Source: an uncultured bacterium
GTDB taxonomy: Bacteria; Omnitrophota; Omnitrophia; Omnitrophales; Aquincolibacteriaceae
NCBI GenBank assembly: GCA_964385615.1
Contig: CAYLPP010000002.1
Span: forward strand, 40,518-104,517
DNA: 64,000 bases
Reading direction: 5' to 3'
How positions within the stretch are numbered: position 1 is the first letter of the stretch; each line of letters begins with the position of its first letter. Under the pieces are notes generated by a model that searched no databases, was not told the origin of the DNA, and saw only the letters and a list, made by a program, of their open reading frames with translations. A program made the translations under genes and the position numbers. Below, one piece after another: positions 1-12,060 of the stretch.

Positions 1-223
1 ATCAGAACAGCAATGGGACAGGGCAGATCGCGGTCCTGGGCGCTTTGAGACTGTACCTGGACTTCATTAATATGTTTCTGTTTCTTCTCCGTATTTTTGG
101 CCGGAGAAGGGACTAACAAACACACGGCTACCTTAGCCGTGGTTTGTTGTACTTGCGCATAGGCGCAAGTGCTAGTAAAGCCAACCCCTTAAATTTTTTA
201 CGTTTTGGCCGATAACCTAAGCC

Positions 224-975
<752 letters not shown>

Positions 976-979
<4 letters not shown>

Positions 980-3471
980 AGGGGTTGAATCATATTCTGA
1001 CGGTTTTCCGCCGTGAGCTTTCCGCCTATTTTAATTCTTCAATCGCCTACATTTTTATTATTGTTTTCATTTTGCTCAACGGCGGGCTTTACATGACGCA
1101 GTTTTTTGTCATCGGCCTCGCGGATATGCGCCCGTTTTTCCTCCTGCTCCCTTTCGTGCTTTGCGTGTTTCTTCCGGCCATCACCATGCGCCTTTGGGCG
1201 GATGAAAAAAGAGGGAATACGCTCGAGCTTCTATTGACTTTCCCGATGGCGACGCATGAACTGGTGATCGGAAAATTCCTGGCCGGACTGGTTTTTTACG
1301 CGGCGGCTTTAGCTGGAACTTTTACGCTTCCAATCATGCTGAAGTTTCTGGGCACTCCGGATTTCGGCGCGATCCTGGGCGGTTATCTGGGCGCGCTTCT
1401 CGTGGGTTCCTTTTTTCTCGCTCTGGGTATTTTTATTTCCGGCCTTTGCCGTGATCAGATTGTGGCGTTTATTCTGGCTATGATGGTTTGCTTCGGTCTT
1501 TTTCTGACGGGCACGGAATTTCTAGCGGCTTCCATTGACAGCTGGGTGCCTGGTTTTGGAAGTTTTCTTCGGCAGTTCATCGGCGCGGCCGGGCATTTTG
1601 AATCGTTCGCGCGCGGGGTGGCCGATAACCGGGATATTCTTTATTTCGCGGGTGGAACGGTCATTTTTCTGGTGCTGAATGGTTTCTGGCTTGAAGGCCG
1701 GATGAGAGCCGGAGCTAAAAAAATATTCACGATCGCGGTTGCTGTCTGCTGCGGTATTTTTCTGCTGGGGAACTGGTTTTTCGCCACGATTCCAATGGGC
1801 CGTTTCGATCTGACGGAAGGTAAAATTTACACCGTCGCGGATGCCAGCAAGAAAATTCTTAAAGATCTCAAAGCTCCGGTCATTGCCAAGTATTACGTTT
1901 CTCCCGCGGATAAAATGCCCACGGGTTTAAAAACCCTCGAACAGGATGTGATCGACAAGCTTGACGAACTGCGGGTCGCTTCAGGCGGTAATTTCCAATA
2001 CAAGGTTTTCCATATGGAAGCCGCGAACGTGGTGGACAATCCGAAGGGCAAGGAAGGCGAAGAAACGCTCGAACAGCAGCTTCAGAAAAAGGGAATCCAG
2101 CCTTTTCAGGTCAAGGCGATTGAGTCCGATGAGGTGAATGTTCGTTTGGTTTATTCCGCGATTTCTCTAGCTTACAAAGAAAAGCCGGAAGAGATGATTT
2201 CCCGCGTGATTCCCGAAAATCTCCGCGAGCTTGAATATCTGGTCATGTCCCGCATTTACCGTATGACGCTGGACACGGTTCCAAAAATCGCGCTGGTCGC
2301 GCCGTTTCAGGAAAAAAGCGTTAACCCTGAGCTGGCCGCGGTTTTGGCCCAGCTGGGCGGTAAGAAACCGGAGCCTTATAAAGATGACGCGTATGAAGTG
2401 GTTCAGATGGCTCTGGAGTATGAGGGTTACCAAGTTTCGCGCATTGATCTTTCAGAAGAACAGTCGATTACGCGTGACACCAAAACCCTGGTTATTTTGG
2501 AGCCGGAGAAACTTCTCGACCGTCAGCGGTATGAAATTAACCGCTTCCTGAAAACCGGCGGATCGGTTTTTCTGGCGGTGCAGAATTACACTTACGATTA
2601 CCAGACCAACGGCCGTGAGCTGACGATCGAAACTCAGCGCAAAAATCCGGACGTGAATCCATTGCTTAAGGCCTGGGGTTTTGAAGTGGATGAAAATATT
2701 CTAGTCGATCAGCAAAATGACGTCATCAATCTGAGCGGCGCGGCCAAGGTCGGGCCTTTTGATATCAGCGTGCCCGTGCAGGTTCCGATTCAAATTCTGG
2801 TGACTGAAACAGGTATGAATCCTGAAACTTCCATCACGTCGCGGTTAGCGCCTTTGTTTTACTTGTGGGGAACAGCCCTGACCATGGATGACGCGAAAAT
2901 TAAAGCGCAGGGATTGAATGTTCAGAAACTCCTAACTTCTTCAAATGATTCCTGGAAAGTTCCGTTTCCGGATGGAGCGTTGACTCCGCCTCAGCTGAAT
3001 TATAAATCCGGCGAGACCAAAGGCCCGTTTCCGCTCGCGGTGCTGGCCCAGGGACAGTTCGCGGACGCCTATGAAGGCAAAACAATGCCTGAGTGGCCCC
3101 CGCGCCCCGAAGGGGATAAGACCGTGATCAAGCGCGAAAGAGACCTGCCGACGGAACCTGCTCCGGGCCGGCTGATCTTAATTGGAGCCAGCACGCCTTT
3201 TCAGAAACAACTCATTCGAGGCGGGGGCCACCTGAACTTTTTGATCAACTCCATTGATGTTCTTACGCTGGGTGAAGCGCTCGTCACGATCCGTTCTAAA
3301 CAGCCTGTCGACCGCACGGTGCGGAGAATTTCCGCTCCCGCAAAAGTTGCCTGGCGCTTTTTTGTGATGTTCCTGATTCCCGGCCTTCTCGCCGCGGGCG
3401 GCACCGCGCGCATGCTCTGGCGCCGTCAGGCCAAGCAGGCTTATTTGAAAGAGCTTGCCTTGATCAAATGA
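976..3471 (+). CDS. ABC-2 family permease fused to a GldG-like auxiliary domain (831 aa)
   Basis: N-terminal ~250 aa are strongly hydrophobic with multiple TM helices typical of ABC-2 permeases. A long soluble middle region is followed by a C-terminal hydrophobic anchor (FFVMFLIPGLLAAGG), as in GldG. Gene order ATPase-permease-GldG-DUF4340 matches gliding-type ABC loci; the fusion itself is inferred. Confidence 0.7.
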
Positions 3472-4820
3472 AGACCCGTCAGCTTTACATCCTCCTGGTG
3501 ATTTTCGCCGTGCTAGGGGCGGGTATCGCTCTTCGCAGTACTCAAAAACCCCCTCAGCTGGTCTCCGAAGAATTGACTTTGCTTGACCTTTCCATTGATC
3601 CCGCGCGCGTTGAAAAAATAAAAATTCAAAAAGGTCAGGATTCCGCGGGCGTTATTGAACTCGCGAAGCAAAACGGGATTTGGGAGCTGAAGGCCTTAAC
3701 GGCCGGCCGTGTCAGCGCTGAAAAAGCGGAAGAATTACTGATGTCTCTTCAGAAGATAAAAGGCGAACCTCGCGGACGAGGCCAGAATATTTTCCCGGAT
3801 TTCGGCATCGAGGATGAAAAGGCTTTTCAGCTTTCTTTTTATCCGCAATCAGGACCCGCCCTGCTTGAGCTTTATGTCGGAATCAAATCCGCGGGCGATG
3901 GGTTTGTTTTTCTGCGTAAAAAAGGTTCTGAAACGGTTTACCGCGCGGAATCGGATCTGCCCGTAAAGTTTGGCGCGGGAGAAATGCTGGAAGAATCCGT
4001 GTTGAGTCCGGATTTCTGGGTGGCCCGGAATTTTATGGCTTTCGACAGAAATAGCGTGCGGAGTATTCAAATCACCCAATTTGACCAGGGGCGCGAAACG
4101 GTTCCAGCGGATGTTTCCATGTCCGCGGGGGTGTGGAGTTTTGCCCGGCAGGGACTGCCGTTTAAGCCGTCGGAAGGAAAAGTTCTCCGGTTTCTGGAAG
4201 ATCTGAAAAATATTCAGGCTGAAAAAGCATTGCCCGCGGATTCCCAGGATTACGGTTTCTCAAAACCCTCGTGGCGGATAAAAATTAAAACCGAAACAGG
4301 TTCAGAAAAGGTTTTTACGGCGGGAGGCGGCTTCAAACAGGAAGGGGCTGTTTTCTTCCAGTCCTCCGAAGAGTCCGCGGTTTTTCAGGTTTCAGAAACG
4401 GATTTTAAATCGATGGATATTAATGATCTGAATCTGATCTCGGATAACCCGCTGGGCGTGGATCCGGAAGCTGTTGAGAAACTGACGGTTCAAAATGGTA
4501 AGGAAACATTTAATCTCCGGCCGATGGAAAAGAAATGGGAAAATTTAACGGGGTATCTGAAGGATTTAAAAGATATCCAGTTCACCCGGATTTTAGCGGA
4601 TTCAAAAGGATTTAAACCGTCTCAGCACTCGATTGAAATCACTTCCAAGGGTAAAGAACCCGTGACGCTTGAATTCGGGAACCTGATCGACGGCAAGGAG
4701 TACCCCGTCATGATTACCGGAGGAACCGTGCCCTTGACGATCACGGAACAAGTTTATAAATGGTTTTTTGAAAACCAGTACCGATTGAAAGAATCCGAAA
4801 CTTCAGAAATGAAGTCCTGA
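3468..4820 (+). CDS. DUF4340-like protein associated with GldG-type ABC systems (N-terminal signal anchor)
   Basis: N-terminal hydrophobic segment LYILLVIFAVLGAGIAL. The position after the GldG-like gene fits the conserved fourth gene of these clusters. No catalytic motifs recognised. Confidence 0.45.
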   Translation: MKTRQLYILLVIFAVLGAGIALRSTQKPPQLVSEELTLLDLSIDPARVEKIKIQKGQDSAGVIELAKQNGIWELKALTAGRVSAEKAEELLMSLQKIKGEPRGRGQNIFPDFGIEDEKAFQLSFYPQSGPALLELYVGIKSAGDGFVFLRKKGSETVYRAESDLPVKFGAGEMLEESVLSPDFWVARNFMAFDRNSVRSIQITQFDQGRETVPADVSMSAGVWSFARQGLPFKPSEGKVLRFLEDLKNIQAEKALPADSQDYGFSKPSWRIKIKTETGSEKVFTAGGGFKQEGAVFFQSSEESAVFQVSETDFKSMDINDLNLISDNPLGVDPEAVEKLTVQNGKETFNLRPMEKKWENLTGYLKDLKDIQFTRILADSKGFKPSQHSIEITSKGKEPVTLEFGNLIDGKEYPVMITGGTVPLTITEQVYKWFFENQYRLKESETSEMKS

Positions 4821-5570
4821 GTGATCCGCCAGCTTCTTTTCTTCCCCGACAAGACCCACTACGAAAAACCCGCCGATTATCAGTTTGATTTTGACGACGT
4901 TACAATTCAGGCGCCGAACGCGGAGCTTCACGGCTGGTTTTTGAAAGCCGAGAAAGAAAAAGCAGTTCTTTATTTCCTTCACGGTAACGCCGGCAATATT
5001 TCCCACCGTCTTTATAAAGCTAAGGGCTGGGTCGAGCGGGGTTTTTCAGTTCTTCTCCTGGATTACCGGGGTTACGGAAAAAGTTCGGGTGAAATCGAGG
5101 ATGGGGAAGATATTGTCCGCGACGCCGAAGCGGGTCTCGATTTTTTGCTCCATAAAATGAACCGTAAACTCTCGAATCTGATTTTTTACGGGGAATCATT
5201 GGGCACCTATGCCATGGTGCGCCTGGCCTGCCGGCACAAGGCCGCGGCGGTCATTCTGGAAGCGCCTTTCACTTCATTCGTAGATATCGGGAAAATTCAT
5301 TACCCTCAGGCGCCGTCTTTTCTGCTCAAAGGGTTTGAGTTTTCGAGCGAAGAATATATTTCAAAAATCAGAGCGCCTCTTTTTATACTGCACGGCACCG
5401 AAGATGAAATCTGTCCTTATGAAATGTCGGGTATCTTGATCGATAAAGCTCCTGAGCCTAAGGCTCTTTTCACCATTCCCAACGGCGCGCACAATGACCT
5501 TCCGATGACAGCCGGGGATGATTACTGGCAAAAGCCCTTCGAATTTATTTCGAAATATCTGACGGTTTAA
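4821..5570 (+). CDS. alpha/beta-fold hydrolase (GXSXG serine hydrolase, S9/BEM46-like)
   Basis: Nucleophile elbow GESLG. An HGTEDE segment matches the acid position and GAHND the histidine motif of alpha/beta hydrolases. Likely GTG start at 4821 immediately after the upstream stop. Confidence 0.7.
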   Translation: MIRQLLFFPDKTHYEKPADYQFDFDDVTIQAPNAELHGWFLKAEKEKAVLYFLHGNAGNISHRLYKAKGWVERGFSVLLLDYRGYGKSSGEIEDGEDIVRDAEAGLDFLLHKMNRKLSNLIFYGESLGTYAMVRLACRHKAAAVILEAPFTSFVDIGKIHYPQAPSFLLKGFEFSSEEYISKIRAPLFILHGTEDEICPYEMSGILIDKAPEPKALFTIPNGAHNDLPMTAGDDYWQKPFEFISKYLTV

Positions 5571-5719
5571 TTTTCTTCGAACAAATCCAGCTGGCGGTTT
5601 TTCTGTCTTTCTTTTTTCTTTTGGTAGGTTTTTTTGGAGGGCACGACACGCGCTTTGGGGTTGATGCCCCAGGTGCGGCGGATTTTAGGAAGTTTTGGTT
5701 TTTTCTTTTTTGGAGCCAT
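5567..5719 (-). CDS. small basic protein, 49 aa (MAPKKKKPKLPKIRRTWGINPKARVVPSKKTYQKKKERQKNRQLDLFEEN), unannotated small ORF
   Basis: Hand translation of the - strand. Its ATG overlaps the TAA stop of the upstream SuhB-like gene as TAATG (5717-5721). Very lysine/arginine-rich. Absent from the supplied track only because it is below 60 aa. No homologue recognised. Confidence 0.35.
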   Translation of the reverse strand: MAPKKKKPKLPKIRRTWGINPKARVVPSKKTYQKKKERQKNRQLDLFEEN

Positions 5720-6519
5720 TACAGCCCTGTGTTTTGAAAAGGCCTCACGATTTTCAGCATTTCCGGATGAATTCTGGAATTCGAAATCAGGTTCTGGCGG
5801 TCGGCCAGGGTCAGCTTTTGCCCGCGGAAATTCGTCATGGCGCCCCCGGCTTCTTCCAGAATAACCATAGCCGCGGCCTTGTCCCAGGCCTGAAGATTGA
5901 ATTCCCAGTAGCCGTCAAAACGTCCGCACGCGACATAGCAAATATCCAGCGCCGCGGAGCCGGTCCGGCGCAGGTCGGAGACTTTCATTAAAATAGATTT
6001 GAAGACTTGAATGTATTCATCCATCCGTTCATGCCGGTCGTAAGGAAATCCGGTGCAGACCAGAGAGTCGATCAGATTCTTTTGAGGGGAGACGGAAATT
6101 TTCTTGCCATTCAGCGTGGCGCCTTTACCGCGGAATCCCAGAAACAGTTCATTACGGAAAGGATCGTAAACCCCGCCCGCTTCAAGCTTTCCGTTTTCCT
6201 CATAGCCGATAGAAACACAGCTTACGGGGAACCGGTGCGCGAAATTTGTGGTGCCGTCCAGCGGGTCGATAATCCAGCGTGAGCCGGCCAGGCTTTTTCC
6301 CGCCATGGGAGGGGATTCCTCAGTCAGCAGGGCGTGGTCCGGAAAAGCTTTACGGATGGCGGCCACGATGATTTTTTCGCACTTTTTGTCGATTTGCGTG
6401 ACCAGACTGAGTTCGGTCTTCTTTTCGATGGTAATTTTCGAGCGGATGGAGGTTTTCAGGACCTTTCCGGCGTCTTCCAGGCATTTCAAGAGGGTGCTTT
6501 TAATTTTAGGCGTGTTCAT
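5719..6519 (-). CDS. suhB: inositol monophosphatase family protein (SuhB/IMPase-like)
   Basis: IMPase family signatures WIIDPLDGTTNFAHRFP and ALDICYVACGRFDGYWE. Confidence 0.85.
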   Translation of the reverse strand: MNTPKIKSTLLKCLEDAGKVLKTSIRSKITIEKKTELSLVTQIDKKCEKIIVAAIRKAFPDHALLTEESPPMAGKSLAGSRWIIDPLDGTTNFAHRFPVSCVSIGYEENGKLEAGGVYDPFRNELFLGFRGKGATLNGKKISVSPQKNLIDSLVCTGFPYDRHERMDEYIQVFKSILMKVSDLRRTGSAALDICYVACGRFDGYWEFNLQAWDKAAAMVILEEAGGAMTNFRGQKLTLADRQNLISNSRIHPEMLKIVRPFQNTGL

Positions 6520-6596
6520 ATAGAATATGCGCTCTTATTTAACACAAAACCGGCGATTGTCAATCAATACGCTGACCTATTTTTCAGGAGTATGAA

Positions 6597-7694
6597 ATGA
6601 AATCCTACAATGTAACGCTTATCCCGGGTGACGGTATCGGCCCGGAAATCGCCGAAGTCGCCAAAGCCTGCATTGAAGCCACAGGAGTTAAATTCAACTG
6701 GGACGTTCAAAGCGCGGGCGTTGATGTCATGGAAAAAGAAGGCACGCCGCTTCCGGACCGGGTACTGGAATCCATCCGCAAGAACAAAATCGCCATCAAA
6801 TCTCCGATTACCACGCCGGTCGGCACAGGGTTTCGTTCCGTTAACGTGGCTCTGCGTAAAGAGCTTGATCTTTACGCCTGCATCCGGCCCTGTAAATCTT
6901 ACGATGGCGTGCGCTCCCGCTACAAAAATATCGATTTGGTCATCTTCCGCGAAAACACTGAAGACCTTTACGCGGGGATTGAATTTCAGAAAGGCACGCC
7001 CGAAGCGCTTCAGCTGATTCAGGACATTGAGAAACTTTCCAAGAAAAAAATCCGCCAGGATTCCGGCATCAGCATCAAGCCGATTTCTGTTTACGGGTCT
7101 GAGCGCATTTTTAAAGCCGCGTTTGAATACGCCCGCAAATATGGGCGGAAAAAAGTCACGGCGGTCCACAAGGCCAACATTATGAAGTTCTCCGACGGGC
7201 TTTTCCTTGAAGTCGGCCGGAATGTTGCCAAGCAGTATCCGGATATCGAGTTCAATGACCGTATTGTGGACAATATGTCCATGCAGCTGGTGCAGTTTCC
7301 TGAAATGTACGATATCCTCGTTCTCCCTAACCTTTACGGGGACGTGCTTTCTGACCTTTGCGCCGGCTTGATCGGCGGTCTGGGTGTCGCGCCTGGCGCC
7401 AATATCGGCGATGGATACGCGCTTTTTGAAGCGACTCACGGTTCCGCGCCCAAATACAAAGGGCTGAATAAGGTCAATCCCACGGCCGTGATTCTTTCCG
7501 GTGTTCTGATGCTCGATTACATTGGTGAAACGGAAGCTTCCAAGCGTCTTGAAACCGCGGTCGCGGATGTGATTCGCGAAGGCAAAGACGTGACTTATGA
7601 TTTGAAAGAAAGCAAAGACGATAAGACGGCCGTCGGCACCAGGGAAATGGGCGCGGCCATCATTAAAAAATTACAGCAGAAAGTGAAGGTCTGA
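6597..7694 (+). CDS. icd: isocitrate dehydrogenase (isocitrate/isopropylmalate dehydrogenase family, NAD(P)-dependent)
   Basis: Beta-decarboxylating dehydrogenase signature [27 protein letters not shown]. The TCA-gene context favours IDH over LeuB; this cannot be resolved by eye. Confidence 0.75.
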   Translation: MKSYNVTLIPGDGIGPEIAEVAKACIEATGVKFNWDVQSAGVDVMEKEGTPLPDRVLESIRKNKIAIKSPITTPVGTGFRSVNVALRKELDLYACIRPCKSYDGVRSRYKNIDLVIFRENTEDLYAGIEFQKGTPEALQLIQDIEKLSKKKIRQDSGISIKPISVYGSERIFKAAFEYARKYGRKKVTAVHKANIMKFSDGLFLEVGRNVAKQYPDIEFNDRIVDNMSMQLVQFPEMYDILVLPNLYGDVLSDLCAGLIGGLGVAPGANIGDGYALFEATHGSAPKYKGLNKVNPTAVILSGVLMLDYIGETEASKRLETAVADVIREGKDVTYDLKESKDDKTAVGTREMGAAIIKKLQQKVKV

Positions 7695-7697
7695 TTT

Positions 7698-8636
7698 ATG
7701 GCTAAATCAAAAGTTACGGTTGTCGGGGGCGGATTTGTCGGTGCTACGACCGCTCAGCGCATTCTGGAAAAAGAAATCGCGGACGTTGTTTTGATTGATA
7801 TCGTGGAAGGTATGCCTCAGGGCAAGGCTCTGGACATGATGGAATCCGCGCCGGTCGAAGGTTTTAAAACGAAGATTACCGGCACCAATAATTACGCGGA
7901 CACGGCCCATTCGGATGTGGTGGTGGTCACCGCGGGTATCGCGCGTAAGCCAGGCATGAGCCGTGATGACCTTGTAAACACCAACGCGGGCATCGTGGGC
8001 GGTGTGATCACGCAAGCCGTGAAATATTCTCCGAACGCGATTTTTATTATCGTTTCCAATCCCTTGGACGTGATGACCTATCTGGCCTGGAAAAAATCGG
8101 GTCTTCCTTCTAACCGTGTGTTCGGCATGGCGGGCGAGCTGGATTCCGCGCGCATGGCCTGGTTTATCGCCGAAGCCCTGAACTGCAATCCCGCGGATGT
8201 TCGGGCGATGGTGCTTGGCGGTCACGGCGACGAAATGGTTCCCGTGCCTCAGCATACCAAGGTCAACGGAAAGCCGATTACCGAACTGCTTCCCGCGGAT
8301 AAAATTGAAGCGATTAATCAGCGCACTCGTGACGGCGGCGCTGAAATCGTGAAATACCTTAAAACCGGAAGCGCTTATTACGCGCCTTCTTCCTCCGTTG
8401 TGCGCATGGTCCGCTCCGTGCTTGAGGACAAGAATGAAATCATTGCTTCCTGTGTCTGGCTGACTGGGCAGTACGGGCTGAAAGATGTTTACTGCGGTGT
8501 CCCCGCCAGGCTTGGGCGCAAGGGGATTACCGAAGTGGTGGAACTGCCTCTTACGGACAAGCAAAAACAGGAACTCGCGGTTTCTGCTTCGCATGTGCGC
8601 GAGAACTGCGAACGAATAACGTTAATCGCTAAATAA
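7698..8636 (+). CDS. mdh: malate dehydrogenase (LDH-like MDH family)
   Basis: Rossmann motif KVTVVGGGFVGATTA, substrate-loop GIARKPGMSRDDL, catalytic-region LGGHGDEMVP. Confidence 0.9.
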   Translation: MAKSKVTVVGGGFVGATTAQRILEKEIADVVLIDIVEGMPQGKALDMMESAPVEGFKTKITGTNNYADTAHSDVVVVTAGIARKPGMSRDDLVNTNAGIVGGVITQAVKYSPNAIFIIVSNPLDVMTYLAWKKSGLPSNRVFGMAGELDSARMAWFIAEALNCNPADVRAMVLGGHGDEMVPVPQHTKVNGKPITELLPADKIEAINQRTRDGGAEIVKYLKTGSAYYAPSSSVVRMVRSVLEDKNEIIASCVWLTGQYGLKDVYCGVPARLGRKGITEVVELPLTDKQKQELAVSASHVRENCERITLIAK

Positions 8637-8717
8637 AAGGGTTGTCATCCCTGCGAAAGCAGGGATCCAGGCTTTTAAGAACTGGATTCCAGCTTTCTCT
8701 GGAATGACAGAAGATGG

Positions 8718-11378
8718 ATGAATTCATTTAATTCGAAGTCTCAGCTCAAGGCTGGAAGCAAAACTTATACCATCTGGCGTCTTGATTCGCTGGCCAAGGC
8801 CGGCTTTAATATCAGCCGTCTGCCTTTCTCGATCAAGGTTCTGCTCGAAAATCTTCTGCGCACTGAAGACGGTAAGGCCGTGCGCCGTGAAGATATCGAA
8901 GCTCTGGCCAAGTGGAACCCTTCCAAAAAATCCGATAAGGAAATCAATTTTACGCCCGCGCGTGTGATTCTGCAGGATTTTACCGGTGTTCCCTGCGTGG
9001 TGGATCTGGCGGCCATGCGCGATCAGATGATCAAGCTGGGCAAAGACCCCAAAAAAATCAATCCCCTCCAGCCGGTTGATCTGGTGATTGACCATTCGGT
9101 GCAGGTGGACGCGTTTGGTTCTCCGTCCGCGTTTCAGGAAAACGTTGAAAAAGAATTTTCGCGCAACGTGGAGCGCTATCAATTTCTTCGCTGGGGGCAG
9201 AGCGCGTTTAGAAATTTCCGCGCCGTTCCTCCGGGCACGGGTATCGTGCACCAGGTCAATCTGGAATATCTGGCCAGTGTCGTGATGACCGGTCAGGAAG
9301 GCGGGGAAACGCTGGCTTATCCCGATACACTGGTCGGAACGGATTCTCACACAGTGATGATCAACGGCCTGGGCGTGCTGGGCTGGGGCGTGGGCGGGAT
9401 TGAAGCCGAAGCCGCCATGCTGGGCCAGCCGGTTTCAATGCTGATTCCCGAAGTGATCGGTTTTAAATTGACCGGACAATTAAAAGAAGGCGTGACGGCG
9501 ACTGATTTGGTGCTGACCGCGACGCAAATGCTGCGCAAAAAAGGCGTGGTTGGAAAGTTTGTGGAGTTTTTCGGCCCCGGGCTTGAAAAACTCAGTCTCG
9601 CGGATCGCGCGACGATTGCCAACATGGCGCCTGAATACGGCGCGACCATGGGTTTTTTCCCGGTCGATCAGGAAACAATTAATTATTTAAAGCTGACCAA
9701 CCGCTCCGCTGAGACGGCCGCGCTAGTGGAGACTTACTGCAAAGAGCAGGGGCTTTTCCACACTCCGCAGACACCGGACCCTGTTTTTTCCGATACGCTG
9801 GAACTGGATATTTCCACGGTCGAAGCCAGTCTGGCCGGCCCGAAACGCCCGCAAGACCGCGTGAATTTGACGGGTGTCAAAAAATCTTTCGATGACGCTT
9901 TGACCGCCAGCGGTAAACAGGCTAAGTCCGCCGTGGCGGTGCAGGACGGCGCGGAAAAATTTTCCATGCAGCACGGCAATGTCGTGATTGCCGCGATTAC
10001 CAGCTGCACGAATACTTCGAATCCTGCCGTGATGATCGGCGCGGGAATATTGGCCAAGAAAGCCGTGGAAAAAGGTTTGACCGTCAAGCCGTGGGTCAAG
10101 ACCAGCCTGGCGCCCGGTTCCAAGGTTGTGATGGAATATCTGAAAAAGACGGGTCTTCAGCCGTACCTCGAAAAATTAAAGTTTCATCTGGTGGGTTACG
10201 GCTGTACCACCTGCATTGGCAATTCAGGGCCTTTGCCCGACGCGATTTCCAAGACCGTGAAAGACAATGATCTGGTCGTGGCGGCGGTACTTTCCGGAAA
10301 CCGGAATTTTGAAGGCCGTGTGAATCCGCAGGTGCGCGCCAATTACCTGGCTTCACCTCCGCTGGTCGTGGCTTACGCGCTGGCCGGTGATATGGACATT
10401 GATTTGACCGTTGATCCGATTGGAAAGAATGCTTCGGGCCAGCCGGTTTATCTCAAAGATATCTGGCCGACCAACAAAGAAGTTCAGGATGCGGTGAATC
10501 AAGTGGACGCGGAAATGTTCCGCAGTCAGTATTCCAATGTTTTCGCGGGCGACAAGAACTGGCAGTCGATTCAGGTTCCTACCGGCGATCAATTTGCCTG
10601 GGATGGTAAATCGACGTATGTGAAGAAACCGCCTTATTTTGACGGAATGCCCGCGGTTCCGGCTCCGCTTAAAGATATTGAAAGTGCGCGCGTACTCGGC
10701 GTTTTTGGGGATTCTGTGACGACGGACCATATTTCTCCGGCCGGTAATATCGCTAAAGACAGTCCGGCTGCGCAGTATCTGACGGCTAACGGGGTGAATC
10801 CGAAAGATTTCAATTCTTACGGCGCGCGGCGCGGTAACCACGAAGTCATGATGCGCGGTACTTTTGCCAACATTCGTTTGAAAAATCTTCTGCTTCCAGG
10901 CGTGGAAGGTCCGTATACCAAGTTTCTTTTGGACGGGCCTGAAAAAGGCCAGCAGATGTTTATCTATGACGCTTCCATGAAGTATCAGGCGGCGAAGGTT
11001 CCGCTGATGATTCTGGCGGGTAAAGAATACGGTTCCGGTTCTTCGCGTGACTGGGCGGCGAAAGGCCCGATGCTTTTGGGCGTCAAAGCCGTGATTGCCG
11101 AAAGTTTCGAACGCATTCACCGCAGCAATCTGATCGGGATGGGGATTCTCCCGATGGAATTTGAAGCGGGCCAGAATGCGGCTTCTCTGGGCTTGACCGG
11201 GCAGGAAGTTTTTTCCATCGCCGGGATTGCCAAAGATCTGGCTCCGGGCAAGAAGATGACGGTTTCCGCTTCCGGCAAGACCTTCACCGTTCGCTGTAGA
11301 ATTGACACTCCCGTGGAACTGGCCTATTATCAGCACGGCGGTATTCTTCAATACGTTTTAAGACAACTGGCGAAATGA
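8718..11378 (+). CDS. acnA: aconitate hydratase A
   Basis: 886 aa. Aconitase family motifs [16 protein letters not shown], and cysteine ligands in [10 protein letters not shown] and [10 protein letters not shown]. Confidence 0.9.
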   Translation: MNSFNSKSQLKAGSKTYTIWRLDSLAKAGFNISRLPFSIKVLLENLLRTEDGKAVRREDIEALAKWNPSKKSDKEINFTPARVILQDFTGVPCVVDLAAMRDQMIKLGKDPKKINPLQPVDLVIDHSVQVDAFGSPSAFQENVEKEFSRNVERYQFLRWGQSAFRNFRAVPPGTGIVHQVNLEYLASVVMTGQEGGETLAYPDTLVGTDSHTVMINGLGVLGWGVGGIEAEAAMLGQPVSMLIPEVIGFKLTGQLKEGVTATDLVLTATQMLRKKGVVGKFVEFFGPGLEKLSLADRATIANMAPEYGATMGFFPVDQETINYLKLTNRSAETAALVETYCKEQGLFHTPQTPDPVFSDTLELDISTVEASLAGPKRPQDRVNLTGVKKSFDDALTASGKQAKSAVAVQDGAEKFSMQHGNVVIAAITSCTNTSNPAVMIGAGILAKKAVEKGLTVKPWVKTSLAPGSKVVMEYLKKTGLQPYLEKLKFHLVGYGCTTCIGNSGPLPDAISKTVKDNDLVVAAVLSGNRNFEGRVNPQVRANYLASPPLVVAYALAGDMDIDLTVDPIGKNASGQPVYLKDIWPTNKEVQDAVNQVDAEMFRSQYSNVFAGDKNWQSIQVPTGDQFAWDGKSTYVKKPPYFDGMPAVPAPLKDIESARVLGVFGDSVTTDHISPAGNIAKDSPAAQYLTANGVNPKDFNSYGARRGNHEVMMRGTFANIRLKNLLLPGVEGPYTKFLLDGPEKGQQMFIYDASMKYQAAKVPLMILAGKEYGSGSSRDWAAKGPMLLGVKAVIAESFERIHRSNLIGMGILPMEFEAGQNAASLGLTGQEVFSIAGIAKDLAPGKKMTVSASGKTFTVRCRIDTPVELAYYQHGGILQYVLRQLAK

Positions 11379-11421
11379 GTGTATTTCTCATTTCGCTCAA
11401 TGCGAAGACATTGAGCATCCT

Positions 11422-12060
11422 ATGAGCGAAAAAGAACAGCAGGAATTAAAAGTTTCTCCGCATTTTTACCTTCGGCGCCTTCACTCCCTGACAGGCGTTT
11501 TTCCTATCGGCGCGTTTCTTCTCGAACATATGTTCTCAAACTCCTTCATTACGCGCGGGCCGGAAGCCTACAATAAGCAGATCGAGTTTTTGCTTAGCAT
11601 GCCGTATGTCACGATGATTGAACTTTTTGTCATATATCTTCCGATTCTTTATCACGCGCTTTACGGTTTTTATGTCATGTTTACCGGTAAGAATAATCTG
11701 GGCTGGTATCCGAATAAGGAAAACTGGCTTTACGCCGCTCAGCGGTGGACCGGCATTCTGACCTTTGCGTATATTTCTTACCATGTTTATCACACTAAAA
11801 TTGTTCATGTCCTTTACGGCACGGAAGTCAGCTATGCCCGCATGGCGGAGCTGATGCACAATCCCGGCATTATGGTTTTTTATCTGGTCGGCATGGCCGC
11901 GGCCATGTTTCATTTCGCAAACGGTCTCTGGGGTTTTCTGATCAGCTGGGGGATTACGGTCGGAACCGGCGCCCGCCGGCTTTCGGGCTGGATCTGCACT
12001 CTGCTCGGCCTCTCGCTTTATTTCGCGGGCGTAAACGCGGTTATTCACTTGGTGCGTTAA
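11422..12060 (+). CDS. sdhC: succinate dehydrogenase cytochrome b subunit
   Basis: 212-aa polytopic membrane protein with conserved histidines, immediately upstream of sdhA and sdhB. Confidence 0.7.
   Translation: MSEKEQQELKVSPHFYLRRLHSLTGVFPIGAFLLEHMFSNSFITRGPEAYNKQIEFLLSMPYVTMIELFVIYLPILYHALYGFYVMFTGKNNLGWYPNKENWLYAAQRWTGILTFAYISYHVYHTKIVHVLYGTEVSYARMAELMHNPGIMVFYLVGMAAAMFHFANGLWGFLISWGITVGTGARRLSGWICTLLGLSLYFAGVNAVIHLVR

Noticed and set aside
1-48. Possible 3' end of an upstream + strand gene (…IRTAMGQGRSRSWAL*) followed by a CACGGCT-N5-AGCCGTG hairpin at 123-141
   Set aside because: Sixteen codons with no recognisable motif are too short to call a gene. The hairpin lacks a convincing U-tract.
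7707-8594. 295-aa - strand ORF covering almost the entire malate dehydrogenase gene
   Set aside because: Antisense shadow ORF. The + strand frame carries the full MDH signature set.
10353-11351. 332-aa - strand ORF inside acnA (similarly 8724-9350 and 9734-10123)
   Set aside because: They are antisense to a well-supported aconitase frame, with low-complexity Arg/His-rich translations characteristic of reverse-strand artefacts.
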